From: Torpedo marmorata
Lineage: Eukaryota
Assembly: GCA_977017645.1 (NCBI GenBank)
Contig: OZ360252.1
Span: forward strand, 14,632,001 to 14,696,000
Length of the DNA: 64,000 nucleotides
Direction: 5' to 3'
The notes beneath the pieces are model-generated. The model was given only the letters and a program-made list of their open reading frames with translations. It did no database searches and was not told the origin of the DNA. The translations under genes and the position numbers were made by a program. Of this stretch, positions 1 through 12,311 are shown piece after piece (position 1 is the stretch's first letter; each line of letters begins with the position of its first letter).

Positions 1-39
1 GCGCAATGTATTTACTTTATTTACATTCTCCCTGTCTCA

Positions 40-222
40 ATGTAGGAACGTGCCGAGAAGCTCAGCAGGTCACCCAGCATCCATAGGAACCAAAGTGCAA
101 CCAACCTTTCAGCACTGGGCGCTTCTTCAACAATGATGATGGATTGCTGTAGATGCTGCGTGACCAGCCGAGTTTCTCCTGCACATTTATGTCTTGCACT
201 TGACTGCAGGATCTGCAGATAT
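40..222. mobile_element. Degenerate fold-back remnant of Penelope-like pLTR ends
   Basis: gagaagctcagcaggtcacccagcatc followed by its inverted copy gatgctgcgtgaccagccgagtttctcc; the same motif forms the pLTR termini near 36260 and 38800. Confidence 0.6.
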
Positions 223-2666
223 TATTTTTGTTTAATTCTGTCAGGCTCACCCTCTCGCTGTCACCCCCGGTTAGAATTTTGCATGTGCTCAAATTCACTT
301 TTTTCTTCATCCTTCCTCTTCGTTTTGAGTGAGTGATATGTATGGGGATACGAGCCAAGCGCGGTCAGGAGGTATGTCTTGGTCGGTATACTCAAGTTGG
401 GCTGAAGCACCTGTTTCCACGCAGTCTTACTCTATGACTCTCTTTGACTTGGAGAAAATATTGCAAAATTTCCTGCAATGCTGGTAACTGTATCCGGCTG
501 CCAGGATGAAAATTGTCTCCAGAGTGAATGAAGAGTTCAGTGGTTAGACATGCATGGCACATACAGTTGCTGCTCCTTTTTGCGTGCCGTCTATATTTCC
601 TCTTTCTCCATCTTTGAGTTCTGGTCATGCCACGTGGCCCACACCATGTTTCCAAGAATACTTCCTTTCTCTTTCTGATTTTATTCCTCTCCACCATGGT
701 TAACAGGCTTCCCGACTGTACCTGCACCATTTCCCCATGCTTGGATAAGTCCCGAAGATGCAATTATTTCACTGGAAGCTGTTTTACCATCACTTTCTAC
801 AAATAAATTAGGGCTGTGTCCTGCCTCGTCACTGTGTCAACGCCACTCTCTAATTGGCTGATTGCTTTAAAATCAATTTAAAGGGAGATGGGGAGAACTT
901 AACTGAAAAGCATTCCAATGTACGAATAGAAAAAATTAACATGAATTACATCTGGAATGGTGGAAACACACAGCAGGCCAGGAAGTTCTTGGTGAGTAAG
1001 AAGTGTTGAGGTTTTGCCTTTGACGTTCTGCCTCCGCCAAGAAATGTGATCACTGCGAGTGAATACGAGCTCGTGCTGAGGTAAATGAAAGGTTAACGGG
1101 AGCAGAGAATAGAAGTTAAGGAATATTCATAGAAGGACAGATTGTGTCAGCTATGGAATGGATAGATTAACCACTCTCTGAATATGGGAGTTGTGTTTAG
1201 AAGCTGAAAGTTATGAATTCACGGTTGCATCACACAACATGTGATCAGCCGTCAGGAAAATAAATGAGAATGATTCGCAGATTATATTGATTTTCTTGGA
1301 ACGGTATAGCCTCTCAAATAAAGAGGGAATGAATTGAGAATGAAAGGGGTTGGTTCTGCAGCTGAACAATATTTGGAAAGAAAAGAAGAGAAGTCAAGAA
1401 GTTTTGAGAAGGGAAATGTAAGAAGGTACAAACATTTCTGGGAAATATCTCAGCCTGTTTTTAAGCCATAGTCAACGATAACTCTTCCAAATATAATACC
1501 CATTTCTCCAGTTTAATCAGCTCCACTCTTCACCTTCCTCCTTTCCAGTCTGGTTCTATTCCAATTTTCAGAATAGCAATGGTTTTATTTTCTCCACACT
1601 ATGCCAGTAGCCTCAATCAAATCTCTGGATGCTTTTCCCACAGCAATTATCAACACAAATTTCAAGTGATGCCACACCTCCTCTAAACACAACTTCCATT
1701 GCATCAATGATACTTAAACGGAAACAGAATTGTTGTATTAATTTCATGTAAAAATTAAAACTATATTTCAATGTCAGTATTACAAGGAGCTAGGTTATAG
1801 TAATTAGTTGAGCACATAGAGTATTTATAAGGAAACAAAAGCCGATTAATAGCTTCAGTAATTAACTCAATAAATCTAATCACCTTGGGAATGCCGAATA
1901 ATGTTCAATCCTTGCACAGTGGATAAATTTAGAAAGAGAACACCCAATCATGAAGATAACGTTAAATTTAAATGGAATAAACTTTAAGGCACACGATTCA
2001 TCATTTGCTTTTTCGGAATTCCAAATTATAGAAGAGTGAGATAGAACAGTTAAGGTTTATAATAATGCTACACATGTTGTAGTAATAGAGAGATTGGAGA
2101 CTCTGTCCTCTTGAGGCTGACTCAGAAATTCATTTTAAAATAATTTTTCATACCTACCTCATTTATATTCACTAAGAACACTTTTGTTGGTGTGTTGTTT
2201 ATTTCAGTAACTCCTCATTCGTCCTCAAGATGCCATGGTCCGAGTATTATTGTGACCACACAGACACTGCTTTCAGACACGATTTCATTTTGGATGTTAT
2301 TGCTGCATTTACCTATTTTGACTGAGCGCTTTGTCCATTGTCAGATGTTACAGTATACACGGGTTTATTCTGTTCTCACTGTTGGAGACATTCTGTATTT
2401 TGCCACCGTGGTGGATTTTGTCTGAACATGCACACTCAGAATTGCTTGGAAATAACAATCCACGTCTTTCGACAGATTTTAAGAAAGGTGTTGGAATCAC
2501 TCACACTCTTGTACAAATCATACTTGTTCAACATCAATGAACTGTAACTTGTCTTCTATTCAAGCAACTGGAGAGGGGATTCGGAAATGGTGATCGTTGT
2601 GCATTGTGCCTAATATTTAAAAACCTGCATGTATAAAGTACCGGATGCAATGTTTTGTGGCACATG

Positions 2667-4306
2667 CATTGGCCTCCATAATGTTTGTGACAAAGTCAAA
2701 ATTCTCTCCTCAATTTGCCCCTGTGCTCCAATGTTTTCAGTTTTTAATCAAACAATTCACATGTGATTAAAATGCACATTCCAGATTTTATTAAAGGTTA
2801 TTTGTATACATTTTGGTTTGAGCATGTCGAAATTGCAGCAATTTTTATACATAGTTCCCCATTTCAGGGCACAATAATGTTTGGGATATTTGGCTTCACA
2901 AATGTTTGTGAGTACTCAGGTATGATTAATTGATTCATTGGTATAGGTATAAGGGAGCTATGTTTGCTTCTAAGCTTTTAATCACCTTTGGAGTCTGTGG
3001 TTGCCATTTTCAAAATGAGGACCAGAGTTATGCCAATGAAAGTTAAATAAGCCATTATGAAACTGAAAATTATATATAAAACGGTATGGGATATCGTCCA
3101 AAGATTAGGATTACAAAAATCATCTGTTGGAACATCATTAGTAAGAAAGAGCGTCCTGGCGGTTTAGTAATCGCAAAGGGACGGGGGGAGGGGGTGGGCG
3201 GGGGGAGGGGGTGGTGGCAAGGAAGACCTCCACTGCTGATGTCAGAAGAATTCTCATTAAAATGATGAGAAATCTCCAAACGTCTGGCCGACACACTTCA
3301 GGAGGCAGGTGTGGAGGTGTAAATGACTACTGTCCGCAGAAGGATTCATGAACAGGAATACAGAGGCCAAACTGCAAGATACAAGTCACTAATTAGCCAC
3401 AGAATCAGGATTTCCAGATTACAGTTTGCCAAGAAGTATTTAAAAGAGCACGAAGTATATTCTGTAAAAAGGTCTTCTGAACAGAGGAGACCAAGATTAA
3501 CTGTTTCAGAGTGATGGCAAGTGCAAACTGTGGAGGCGTAAAGGAACTGCCCAATATCCAAAGCATAACACCTCATCTGTGAAAAATGGTGATGGGGGTG
3601 TTATGGCCTGGACAATTATGGCTGCCACAAGTACTGGCGCACTTACCTTCATTGAGCATGCAACTGCTGATTGCAGTATCAAAATTAATACTGAGGTGTT
3701 TCAAACATTTTATCTGCTCAGGTTCGAGTAAATGCCTCCAAACTCATTGGACAGTCATACAGCAATGCAATGATCCCAAACATATTGGTAAAGCAACAAA
3801 GGAGTTTTTTAAAGCAAAGAACTGGAAATATTTTACTTGGCCAAGTCAGTCAATAATCTCAACACAATTGAGCATGCTTTCCCGATGCTGAAGAGAAAAC
3901 ATCAGGGAAAACCCTCAAAACAAGTAGGGGCTGACGATGGCTAAAGTAGAGGCCTGGCAGAGCATCACCAGAGAAGATACAGAGCACCTGGTGATGTCTC
4001 TGAATCACAGACTTCAAGCAGTCATTGCATGCAAGGGATGTGCAACAAGGTACTAAACATGACTACATTAACATACATAATATTGCAATGACCCAAATGT
4101 TATCGTGATCTGAAATGAGGGGTCTATGATTAAAAAGTGCTGTAATTTCGACAAACCAAATTGTAAATAAATACTCTTACATACATTCCGGAATGTGCAC
4201 TTTAATCACATGTGAAATGTCTGATTACAGATTTAAAACTGTGGAGCACAGTGGAAAATAAACAAATAAAATTGTGTCTTTCTCCCAAACATTATGGAGT
4301 GCACTT
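2667..4306 (+). mobile_element. Tc1/mariner DNA transposon (long TIRs), defective
   Basis: ~220 bp inverted termini (cattggcctccataatgtttg / caaacattatggagtgcactt); frameshifted transposase pieces TTVRRRIHE..RLQFAKKYL and QQCNDPKH..WPSQS. Confidence 0.92.
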
Positions 4307-4429
4307 TAAAACTCTCAGCAAAATTTGTTTTGCAGTTTAGCTGACAGGAAACACCTGACATTGTGGTATGAGCTGTTTATCTCTTTAATTTAGGTTCTCC
4401 CCTGAAACAGTGATATGCTGATATATTTT

Positions 4430-4590
4430 TCATTGCATGCTGGTCTCTAAATCAGAAGGTTAAGGGTTCAAGTTCTGCTCCTGATGTTTAATCCAAAATG
4501 CCAAAGTAGGAATTTTCAGTGCAGTGCTGAAGGATGAAAAGGATGTAAATGACAGGATCCTTCAAATGAGATGCTTTTCACAATCTTACA
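4430..4590 (+). mobile_element. Possible ancient tRNA-derived DeuSINE remnant
   Basis: tcagaaggttaagggttcaagt (B-box-like head), then cagtgcagtgctgaagga...ccttcaaatgagatg, resembling the Deu-domain as I recall it; highly degenerate. Confidence 0.35.
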
Positions 4591-5351
4591 TACTTCTATT
4601 TGCTCACCTCTGATGCTCCAGAAAGAATAATAAATATATGCCCAACATCTCCTCATAGCTAATACTGGATAATATAGACAACATCCCGCCGAACCTCTCG
4701 TGTGTCTTTTCCACAGCCTGCACATCATTGTTCCAATGAGTGAACCAGAAATGCTTGCAATACTCCCAATGCGACCGAACCACATTATTCTACAGCTGCA
4801 ACAAGAATTGCCGACATTTATACTCAAAGGCTCCACTGATGTTGGAAGGTTTGGCACCCTATTCTATGACCACATTATCCACACGTGTTGCCTTTGAAAC
4901 CACACTTTCCACTCAAATTCTAAGTAATAAAACATGAGCACCGCAGTCCCAAAAACAGGAACTGCTAGTGTTCATGTACTGACCACGCGAGTATATTAAT
5001 GGTAAATCTCTCACAGAAAAAAAGGAGGATGTTTTCTGAAACCGATTGCCCCTGCTTAACATACAATGCCGCGCATATACTTAAAAAGAGCATAGTTATT
5101 TTTTCTAGAACCAGTCCTGCCTTTTTGTCAGTTTAGTTATTGATCTCTGGCAACAAGCAGCAACAAAAGTTTTGCGGTGACAGCACCGTTTAACCGGACA
5201 GAACAGCATAATGTGGGATAGCGTGCATATTACACAAGGGTATTGAATACATGAAATCTAAATTTTGCTCGGATCAGAGCGGAATATACCTTAATATTAA
5301 TTAATGGCCAGTGGATCTGCCACTCCCACAGAAACCATTAAGTGGAACAAA

Positions 5352-7640
5352 TTTCAGATCAAATCAGATCAGAGACTATTTATTATCATGTAATACAACA
5401 GAAAAGTAAAGTGCCCTCCATAATGTTGGGAACATAGACAATATTTTCCTTTATTTTCCCCTGTGCTCCACATTTTTTAATTTATAATCAAACCATTCAC
5501 ATGTGATTAAAATGCACATTCCTGATATTATTAAAGGGTATTTGTGTACATTTTGGTTTGACTATTTCTAAATTACAGCACTTTGTATGCACAGTCCCCT
5601 CATTTCTGGATACCATAATATTTGGGACAGAGCAATGGTATGTATATTAAAGTAGTAATGTTTAGTACTTTGTTGCATACAGTTTTTCTTGCATGAAATG
5701 ACTGCTTGAAATCTGTGATTCAAAGACATCAACAGGTACTGAGTAACCTGTCTGCTGATGATCTGCCAGGCCTAGACTCAGCCATCTTCAGCTCCTGCTT
5801 GTTTAGGGGGTTTGTCCATTCAAGGATTCTGTTCAGCATCAGGAAGGCTTGCTCAATTATGTTTACATCAGTGGCTGACTTGGCCATTCAAGAAGTTTCC
5901 AGTTTTTAGTTTTGAAAATCTCCTTTGTTGCTTTCACAATATGTTTGGGATCATTGTCTTGTTCTTGGATGAAGCGCCATCTAATGGGTTTGGAGGCATT
6001 TGTGCGAACCTGAGCCGATAGGATGTTTCTATACACCTCAGAATTCATTTTGATACTGCAACCAGCAGGTACACCATCAATGAAGATAAGTGAGTCAGTA
6101 CTTGTGGCAACCATACATGCCCAGGCCATGACACCCTCGCCGCCATGTTTCACAGATGAGGCGATATGCTTTGGATCTTGGCTGTTCTGTTATGCTTCCA
6201 CACTTTGCTCGTGCGATTACTCTGATAGAGGTTGGACTCATCTGACAACAAGACTTTTTTCCAGAATTCTGAAGGCTCTTTTAAATACTTCTTGGAAAAT
6301 TGTTAGGTGGCCATCCTGTTTCTGTGGCTAACTGATGGTTTGGATATTGCAGTGCAGCCTCCGTATCACTGCGGACAGTAGTTATTGACACATCCACACC
6401 TGCCTTCTGAAGAATGTTTCTGATCTGTCGGACATGCGTTTGGGGAGTTTTCTTACGATGAGAGTTCTTCTGTCATCAGCAGTGGAGGTCTTCCTTGGCC
6501 TACCAGTCGCGTTGTGATTACTGAGCTGAACACTATGCTCTTTCCTCTTAATGATGTTCCAAAATATTGCTTTTGATCATCCTAAGGTTTGGGCGATGTC
6601 TCTTACTGTTTTATTCTTATTTTACAGACTCATAATGCTTCTTTGACTTTCATTGGCACAACTCTGGTCCCTAAGTTTAAAAATGGCAACAACAGACTCC
6701 AAAGGTTATAATAAGTTTAGAAGCAAGCCTAGCTCTCTTATACCTGCACCAATGAAGCAATTCAACATACCCGATTAATCACAAACCCCTGTGATGCCAA
6801 ATGTCCATTATGGTGCCCTGAAATGAGGGACTCTGTATAACATAGTGCTGAAATTTCTACACGTTCAAACCAAAATCTACACAAATAACCATTAATATAA
6901 GATGAAATGTGCACTTTAATCACATGTGAATTGTTTGAATAATGATTTCAAACATTGTAGGACAGGAGCAAATAAAGGGAAAAAGTGTCTTTGTCCCAAA
7001 CATTGTGGAGGGCACTGTAATATTACACGAAAGAGCCATTCATCTTCCAGAAGGCAGACAAAGATTCGCCATTAGCATTGTCCGACGCCCCGCATAGACA
7101 GAAAAACAGAAGCAAAACTGAGTCCACCCAGGGTCACTAAGTGTCCTCGAATACGCGTCCCGCGCTCCCGTAGCCTCTGCAGCCGCACCACAATCCGGTT
7201 CCGTTCAAACCGTTCAGCAACCCGATCCATTTTCGAAATCTCCGACATCATGAGGAACACTTTGAGACCCCTTCTTGCCCTCAGCACTATTTTGCCTCCC
7301 GCTTACAAGACCTAGTTCTCATCAGCCAGTCTCCAGCAGCCCGCAGGCTGGTGTCAGTACTTTGACCACAAGTCGCCAGCAGCCAGCAGCGTGTGTGGGT
7401 TCCTCGCCCCCAGGCGCCATAATCTTGGGACCGGATACCGCGGCCGCACGATTATAAATAAAACACTGTCGGCTCCTTTAACAGGTCATTTAAATTCCGT
7501 AAGGAACAGTGTAGTACGATTGGGCGGTAGGACCCTGCGGTGGAGTGCTGTGTCTCCGTTCCCTGCTGTAAGCGGATGCGCATCAGCGGCAATGGTTTCA
7601 ATACAGCAGCTCCGGCAGCGAAAGATGTTGCATTTTCCAA
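5352..7640 (-). repeat. GC-rich ~0.8 kb repeat, copy A, split by Tc1 (5352-5408 plus 7018-7640)
   Basis: Reverse complement matches copies B and C (ttaaaggagccgac..., ccaagat.gcgcc, 3' tattacatgataataaa plus short tandem tail); the halves join across the TA insertion site. Confidence 0.7.
5409..7017 (-). mobile_element. Tc1/mariner DNA transposon, same family as 2667-4306, defective
   Basis: TA-flanked TIRs aagtgccctccataatg / cattgtggagggcactg; ORF 5863-6153(-) KHGGEGVMAWAC...QEQDNDPKH...EWPSQ is part of a DDE transposase core. Confidence 0.95.
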
Positions 7641-8699
7641 TTTTCAGGATCAGATTTACTAGCAGATTTTGCTGCAAATAAAATTAAATGGGGCATTACT
7701 TCATCAGGCTGCGAGCTAAAAAGAAAATATTTCTTAGACGGATTTCAAGAAAACATTTGCAGCTACAGTATGTTTAATGACGGATGCATTGACCTGATTA
7801 TCCGTCTTGGTAACACAAAGGGACGAAAATAATACAGCATTGATTTGTTGAAATAGTTTGTATATCCTTGGAGCAGAGGGGCTGGGCAGGAACAATATAG
7901 TTTTCTACAACATTACCGATGGTAGATCATAAAAAACCTGTTCTCCACAGCAAAGGTGTCTGAGAGCAGTCAGTGTACCATGAACATGTGGTCCACGTTA
8001 ATCACATGGAGAAGCATTGCAACATGAAAGGCATGGCCTGGGCAGAGTGAACGGCGAAGGTTGCGTCGCCACAACACTTTACATGTATCGGATGGAGTAC
8101 GTGAATTACCAATGAGTGGTCGGCAATGCGCCAAGTGCTGGTAAATGGGATAAGTTGAGATGTGTTCTTGATGGTCGACATTGACGTGTTGGGGGCATAG
8201 GATCTGCTTCTAGGTTGAAGCACCCCATTACTAGATAATTGCTTTATCGGTGACTTTGAATTTATTTCAACCTCTGACCATTGGGCAGTGAACATGGTTT
8301 TTTTCCAGTCCAGATGTTCACATTTGTGGTACTTTAATATCCTTTCAGCGTTCATGCCAGGCTTTAAAATGGGAGGGCCTGAGGGGAGATTTGACCAAGC
8401 CAGTTTGCTACTTAATCTACTGGTCAAAGGGGGTTGGTAACAATAGAATGTAAAAGGAACGGAGAATGCACTTTACAGATTGAATTGGATCACATGAACA
8501 GATACCAACACTCAACTCGGAAAGCGCTCGTTGCTTTCTACCGGAATGAGGATTCGGTCGGTCAAATAAATTCTCTCATCTGCATTTATTACGCATAATT
8601 GTTCAGATTTGGATGGAATTTTAGCTTCTTTCAAATTCAAATCAAGGAAGTTATTATTTAATTCCATGTATCTTCAACAATGATAAATCATTCTCGAAA

Positions 8700-9145
8700 C
8701 CTCACATCTTCACTGCCCCCCCTCAGCCCTTCGACGCAACAAGGACAGGATTCCTCTTCTCCTCACCTAGCACCCGCCAATCTCCAACACCTACATCGAG
8801 ATCCCTTCCCCAGTCACATATTCCTCCTCTCTCCGACTCCCGAAGGGTTCTCTCCCTCCGGGACCCCTTCGTCCACGCATCTCTTCCCACTCATCGCAAA
8901 CTCCAAGTTACCAAGCCCTGTACACGGAGGAAATGCTACACGTGAGTCCACACTTCGTCCGTCACCAACATTTGGGGCCCCAAACAGTCCTTCCAAGTGA
9001 AATAACATTTCACTAGTGAGTCGGCAGGGGTCACCGACTGCATCCGGTGCCCCCGTTGTGTACTCTTTCACATCACAGAGACTGGACGCAAATTAGGAGA
9101 TTGTTTCGTCCAGTGGGCTTTAATATTTACTTCTCCATTTTCCAT
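8700..9145 (+). mobile_element. Penelope-like element fragment (linker/GIY-YIG, internally deleted)
   Basis: ggggccccaaacagtccttccaagtgaaataacatttcac...tacatc/cacatcacagagactggacgc region aligns with 38170-38310. Confidence 0.75.
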
Positions 9146-9149
9146 TAGG

Positions 9150-9460
9150 TTCCATGAGACATACAGAACAGAAAGAGGCTGTACGTCCCAACGAATATCC
9201 ACAAACAAGCAACACACAATAAGGTAATTAATCCTATTGTTGTTTCTCCATCATTCTCATCGACTCCTCACATATTCTGCAACTCAACCACACAAAATAG
9301 AAAATTTATAGTGTCAGCTAACCTACCATAACGCTAGTCGTTGGGACGTGGGGAGAAAGCTGGGCACCCAGAGCAAAAGCACAGGGCCACACGAAGAGCG
9401 TGCAAGTTCCGCACTGATAATAGCTGAGGGCAAGACTGAACCCTGGTCTCTAGGACATTA
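9150..9460 (-). mobile_element. V-SINE remnant
   Basis: gggacgtggggagaaagctgggcacccagag...gagcgtgcaagttccgcac is the reverse complement of the V-domain ggagtttgcacgttctcc. Confidence 0.6.
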
Positions 9461-9539
9461 AAAACTTGACTCTACATGTTGATCAAAATTTTTTATCAGC
9501 GTCCTTTGTTTAGTTATTTGTTGAATATTCGCTCCTCCT

Positions 9540-9850
9540 ATTATGGACATAATGACTGTGAAAGGGCGTCTCGAGTGGATATGGGATCTACTGGCAAACT
9601 TGACCTCCGTAATAGAATTAGTTTATAGATTATATTCCCCTTACTCTATCTTTTCCTTTCTTTTCTTTTTTCTATTTTTATTTTTACTGTTACTTTATAT
9701 TATTAGATTAGTGGGGAGGGGGGGCCTAGGGAGAGGAGGGAGATGGGGGGGTGAAAATATATCACAGGTATTTTGACAATTTTATATTTTACTCTATGTA
9801 TTTTGTGATTTAAAAGTTTAAATAAAATAATAAAACAAATTTTTAAAAGA
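9540..9850 (+). mobile_element. L1-clade 3' UTR fragment
   Basis: ggatctactggcaaac...gtttatagat, G-rich tract and AATAAA/A tail, near-identical to the 3' end of the L1 at 58130-58392. Confidence 0.75.
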
Positions 9851-10759
9851 AATATTGTAATGATAACCCAGATTAGCTTCTTTGTGGAACCTGATGCTAA
9901 TTAGTGTCAAAATCCAACAGTTGGTCTCACCCGCCGGGAATCCACGTATTGTTCCATTGCTGGCAAGTTAAGGGCACATGTGATAGAACACAAAAGGGCG
10001 CTGTGAATGAGGTTGCTGAGAACGAGTTTTCCTTGTTGAAGATCAGTCAACTTGAGTGGTAGACCATTAAATTGATCTTAAAAGAAGCAAAAACTAAGGA
10101 AAAATTATTAATTACCAAATAACTGCTGATGAGGGACGTTCGACATGCTAGTTTACTCAGTATACAGAAAGCAACAGGAACTTTCCCAGGCACAGTGTAC
10201 TCCTCGTAGATATCTGTGTGATTCAATCCAGTCCACAGCTAGAACGGGCTTTTTGCCTTTTGTTCAGAAGCTGCCATATTAGTTTCTGTGTTGTTATTAA
10301 CCACCCTGGGCGCACTAGATTTAAAGACCCGAACGTTATGTTCAGCTCTACTCTCTGGCAACTCATGGGATGTGAATGTGCATATAAATGGACTTGGAAA
10401 TCCAGAACATCGTATGAGCATTCATGATCAATGATGCAGAGGGACTACATGCAAAGGTAGACGCCAGGTGAAGTCTGTTCATTGCCTTTGGATAGTTTTT
10501 ATGTGTTGAAGATTTTGATCTCAGTTCAAAGTCACTGACATGTGCATTGAGTTATTAACTTTTGGACCACAGGAACAATCCCTTGGTGCCACGTGTCGAG
10601 GTCGTCCATCAAGAACCATTTATACTGGTCGCCATCACCTGCACGTGGTCTGATGTAAATATGCACCATCAAATTCCACAGATGATAGGGATTCATTGAA
10701 AGTTGCGTCACAGCTGGGTAAGGTTGGAAAGAGAGTTTTGGTTCATTGGCCTTCATAAA

Positions 10760-11965
10760 TGAAAGTATTTAGTGCAAGAGTTGGTGTGTTCGGTTGAAGT
10801 TCTAATACATTTTCAGGCCATATTTGGAGTATTGTGCGCTATTGTGATCATCGGGCGACAAGAAATACATCAATACGATTGCAAGGGTGCAAAAAGAATT
10901 TACAAGTATGTTTTCTGCACTTGAACAGCTAGTTATCGGGTAAGATCAATAGGTCTTTACTGCATGGAGCCTCGGAGAATGAGGGGAGATTTGATGGAGG
11001 TATGACAAGCTATGACGTTATCGATACGGTCATTGCCAACAGGCTTTTTACGACTGAGATTGGGTGAGACAAGAACCAGAGCACATGGCTTTAGGATGGC
11101 CCGCGGAGCCCAGCCGCCCAGTCGACTGCCGTCGGCTCCGCACGGGCTTAAACAGTCAGTTAAAGGAGCGACGGTGGTTTTATTTAAGATCCCGCGACCA
11201 CGGGGTCTGCGCCCAAGATGGCAGCGCCTTTTAAGCGGCAGCAGCCACGAGGGGCTGCAGACTCCGGGAAAGCGGAGGACTGGAGCAGGGCACCAGAGGA
11301 CGGGAAGATCACCCCCACTCCCCGTCTGAGTAATAGAAGCGGAGGAGACGACCCACGGGACGGTGACGACGGCGGCGGACCAGTGAGGGGATCTCAGGCT
11401 GAAGGACCAGTGCATGCGGCGGGCTGCTGGCGACTCGAGGCGAGGAACCCGCGAAGACTGTGGGCTGCTGGAGACTGCTGTCGGGGCACTCACGCAGGGC
11501 TGCGGACTGCTGGAGGCTGGCTCGAACTGGCTGGAGGAGTACCAGGTATCGGAACCGGGATGCGCTGGGGTGCCGAGGGCGACCTGGCCGTGTTGGAGGT
11601 TCGGTTCTGGAGCTCGGGTTGCCGATGGTTTGGACTGGACTCTGTGTGGCTGCGGAGACTGCGAAAGCGCTGGAGGCGAATCTACGGACACTCGGTGACT
11701 GTGGGGGGACTCTCTTTTACTTCTCTTTCTCTGACTGTAAGGAATGTTAGAGGCACTTAGGCAATTTCTGCCGGTGGCGAATCTGTCTACCTTACAGCAG
11801 GCAAAACGAAATTTCATGGCATATGACACTGTCTTATTACAATGACAATAAATTGAATCTTGAATCTTGAAAGTGAAATATTAAAGGGATCATTAGGGGG
11901 CACATCTTCACCCCGAGGGTGGTGAGAGAGTGGAACAAGCTGCGAGTGGAGGTGCTGGATGCCGG
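10760..11965 (+). mobile_element. CR1 (HER1-like) 3' fragment interrupted by GC-rich repeat copy B
   Basis: ggagtattgtgcgc...gagaatgaggggagatttgatggaggt... continues at 11872 with cttcaccccgagggtggtgagagagtggaac. Confidence 0.7.
11099..11871 (+). repeat. GC-rich ~0.8 kb repeat, copy B
   Basis: GC/CpG-rich body with cccaagatggcagcgcc; ends acaataaattgaatcttgaatcttgaa; inserted into a CR1. Confidence 0.75.
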
Positions 11966-12236
11966 TGTCATTCACGCTGAACATTACGAGCATTAAAAAT
12001 TGAGTGTAAATCAGGGAGTGTCCCTGTGCAATTAATATTTTGCACAATGACTTGGCATGATAAATCGAGTCCTCTCAGATGGATGTAAATAATACCATAC
12101 AATATTCCTTTTACCCATTTTCTGGAGGCAGGGCAGCTGGAGATTTTACAATCATCACACAAATTGGCTCTTTTGGGAAATTAATGGCATTTCGTTTTAA
12201 AAATCCTGCAACTGATTTCAGCCTTGGAAATCCAGA

Positions 12237-12268
12237 TGCTGTTCAATTGTTGGCCACTAGAGGGCAAT
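12237..12268 (+). promoter_or_regulatory. Candidate CTCF binding site with upstream module
   Basis: tgctgttc-N6-tggccactagagggca matches the CTCF core plus the upstream TGCAGT-like module. Confidence 0.55.
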
Positions 12269-12311
12269 GTGGATCGTCAGTGCCGACTTCAAAAGATAGT
12301 TGTTTCCGAGT

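Noticed and set aside
392-763. 123-aa minus-strand ORF as a host gene
   Set aside because: No splice context or recognisable domain; the basic, Cys-containing end looks more like a decayed LINE (possibly RTE) C-terminus, too weak to call
4307-5408. Inversion of the spacer between the inverted Tc1 copies
   Set aside because: The GC-rich repeat split by the second Tc1 remains colinear on both sides, so the spacer has not flipped
10957-11829. 290-aa minus ORF, and the similar 281-aa ORF at 62293-63138
   Set aside because: Low-complexity antisense frames across a GC-rich repeat; starts and stops lie in unrelated flanks
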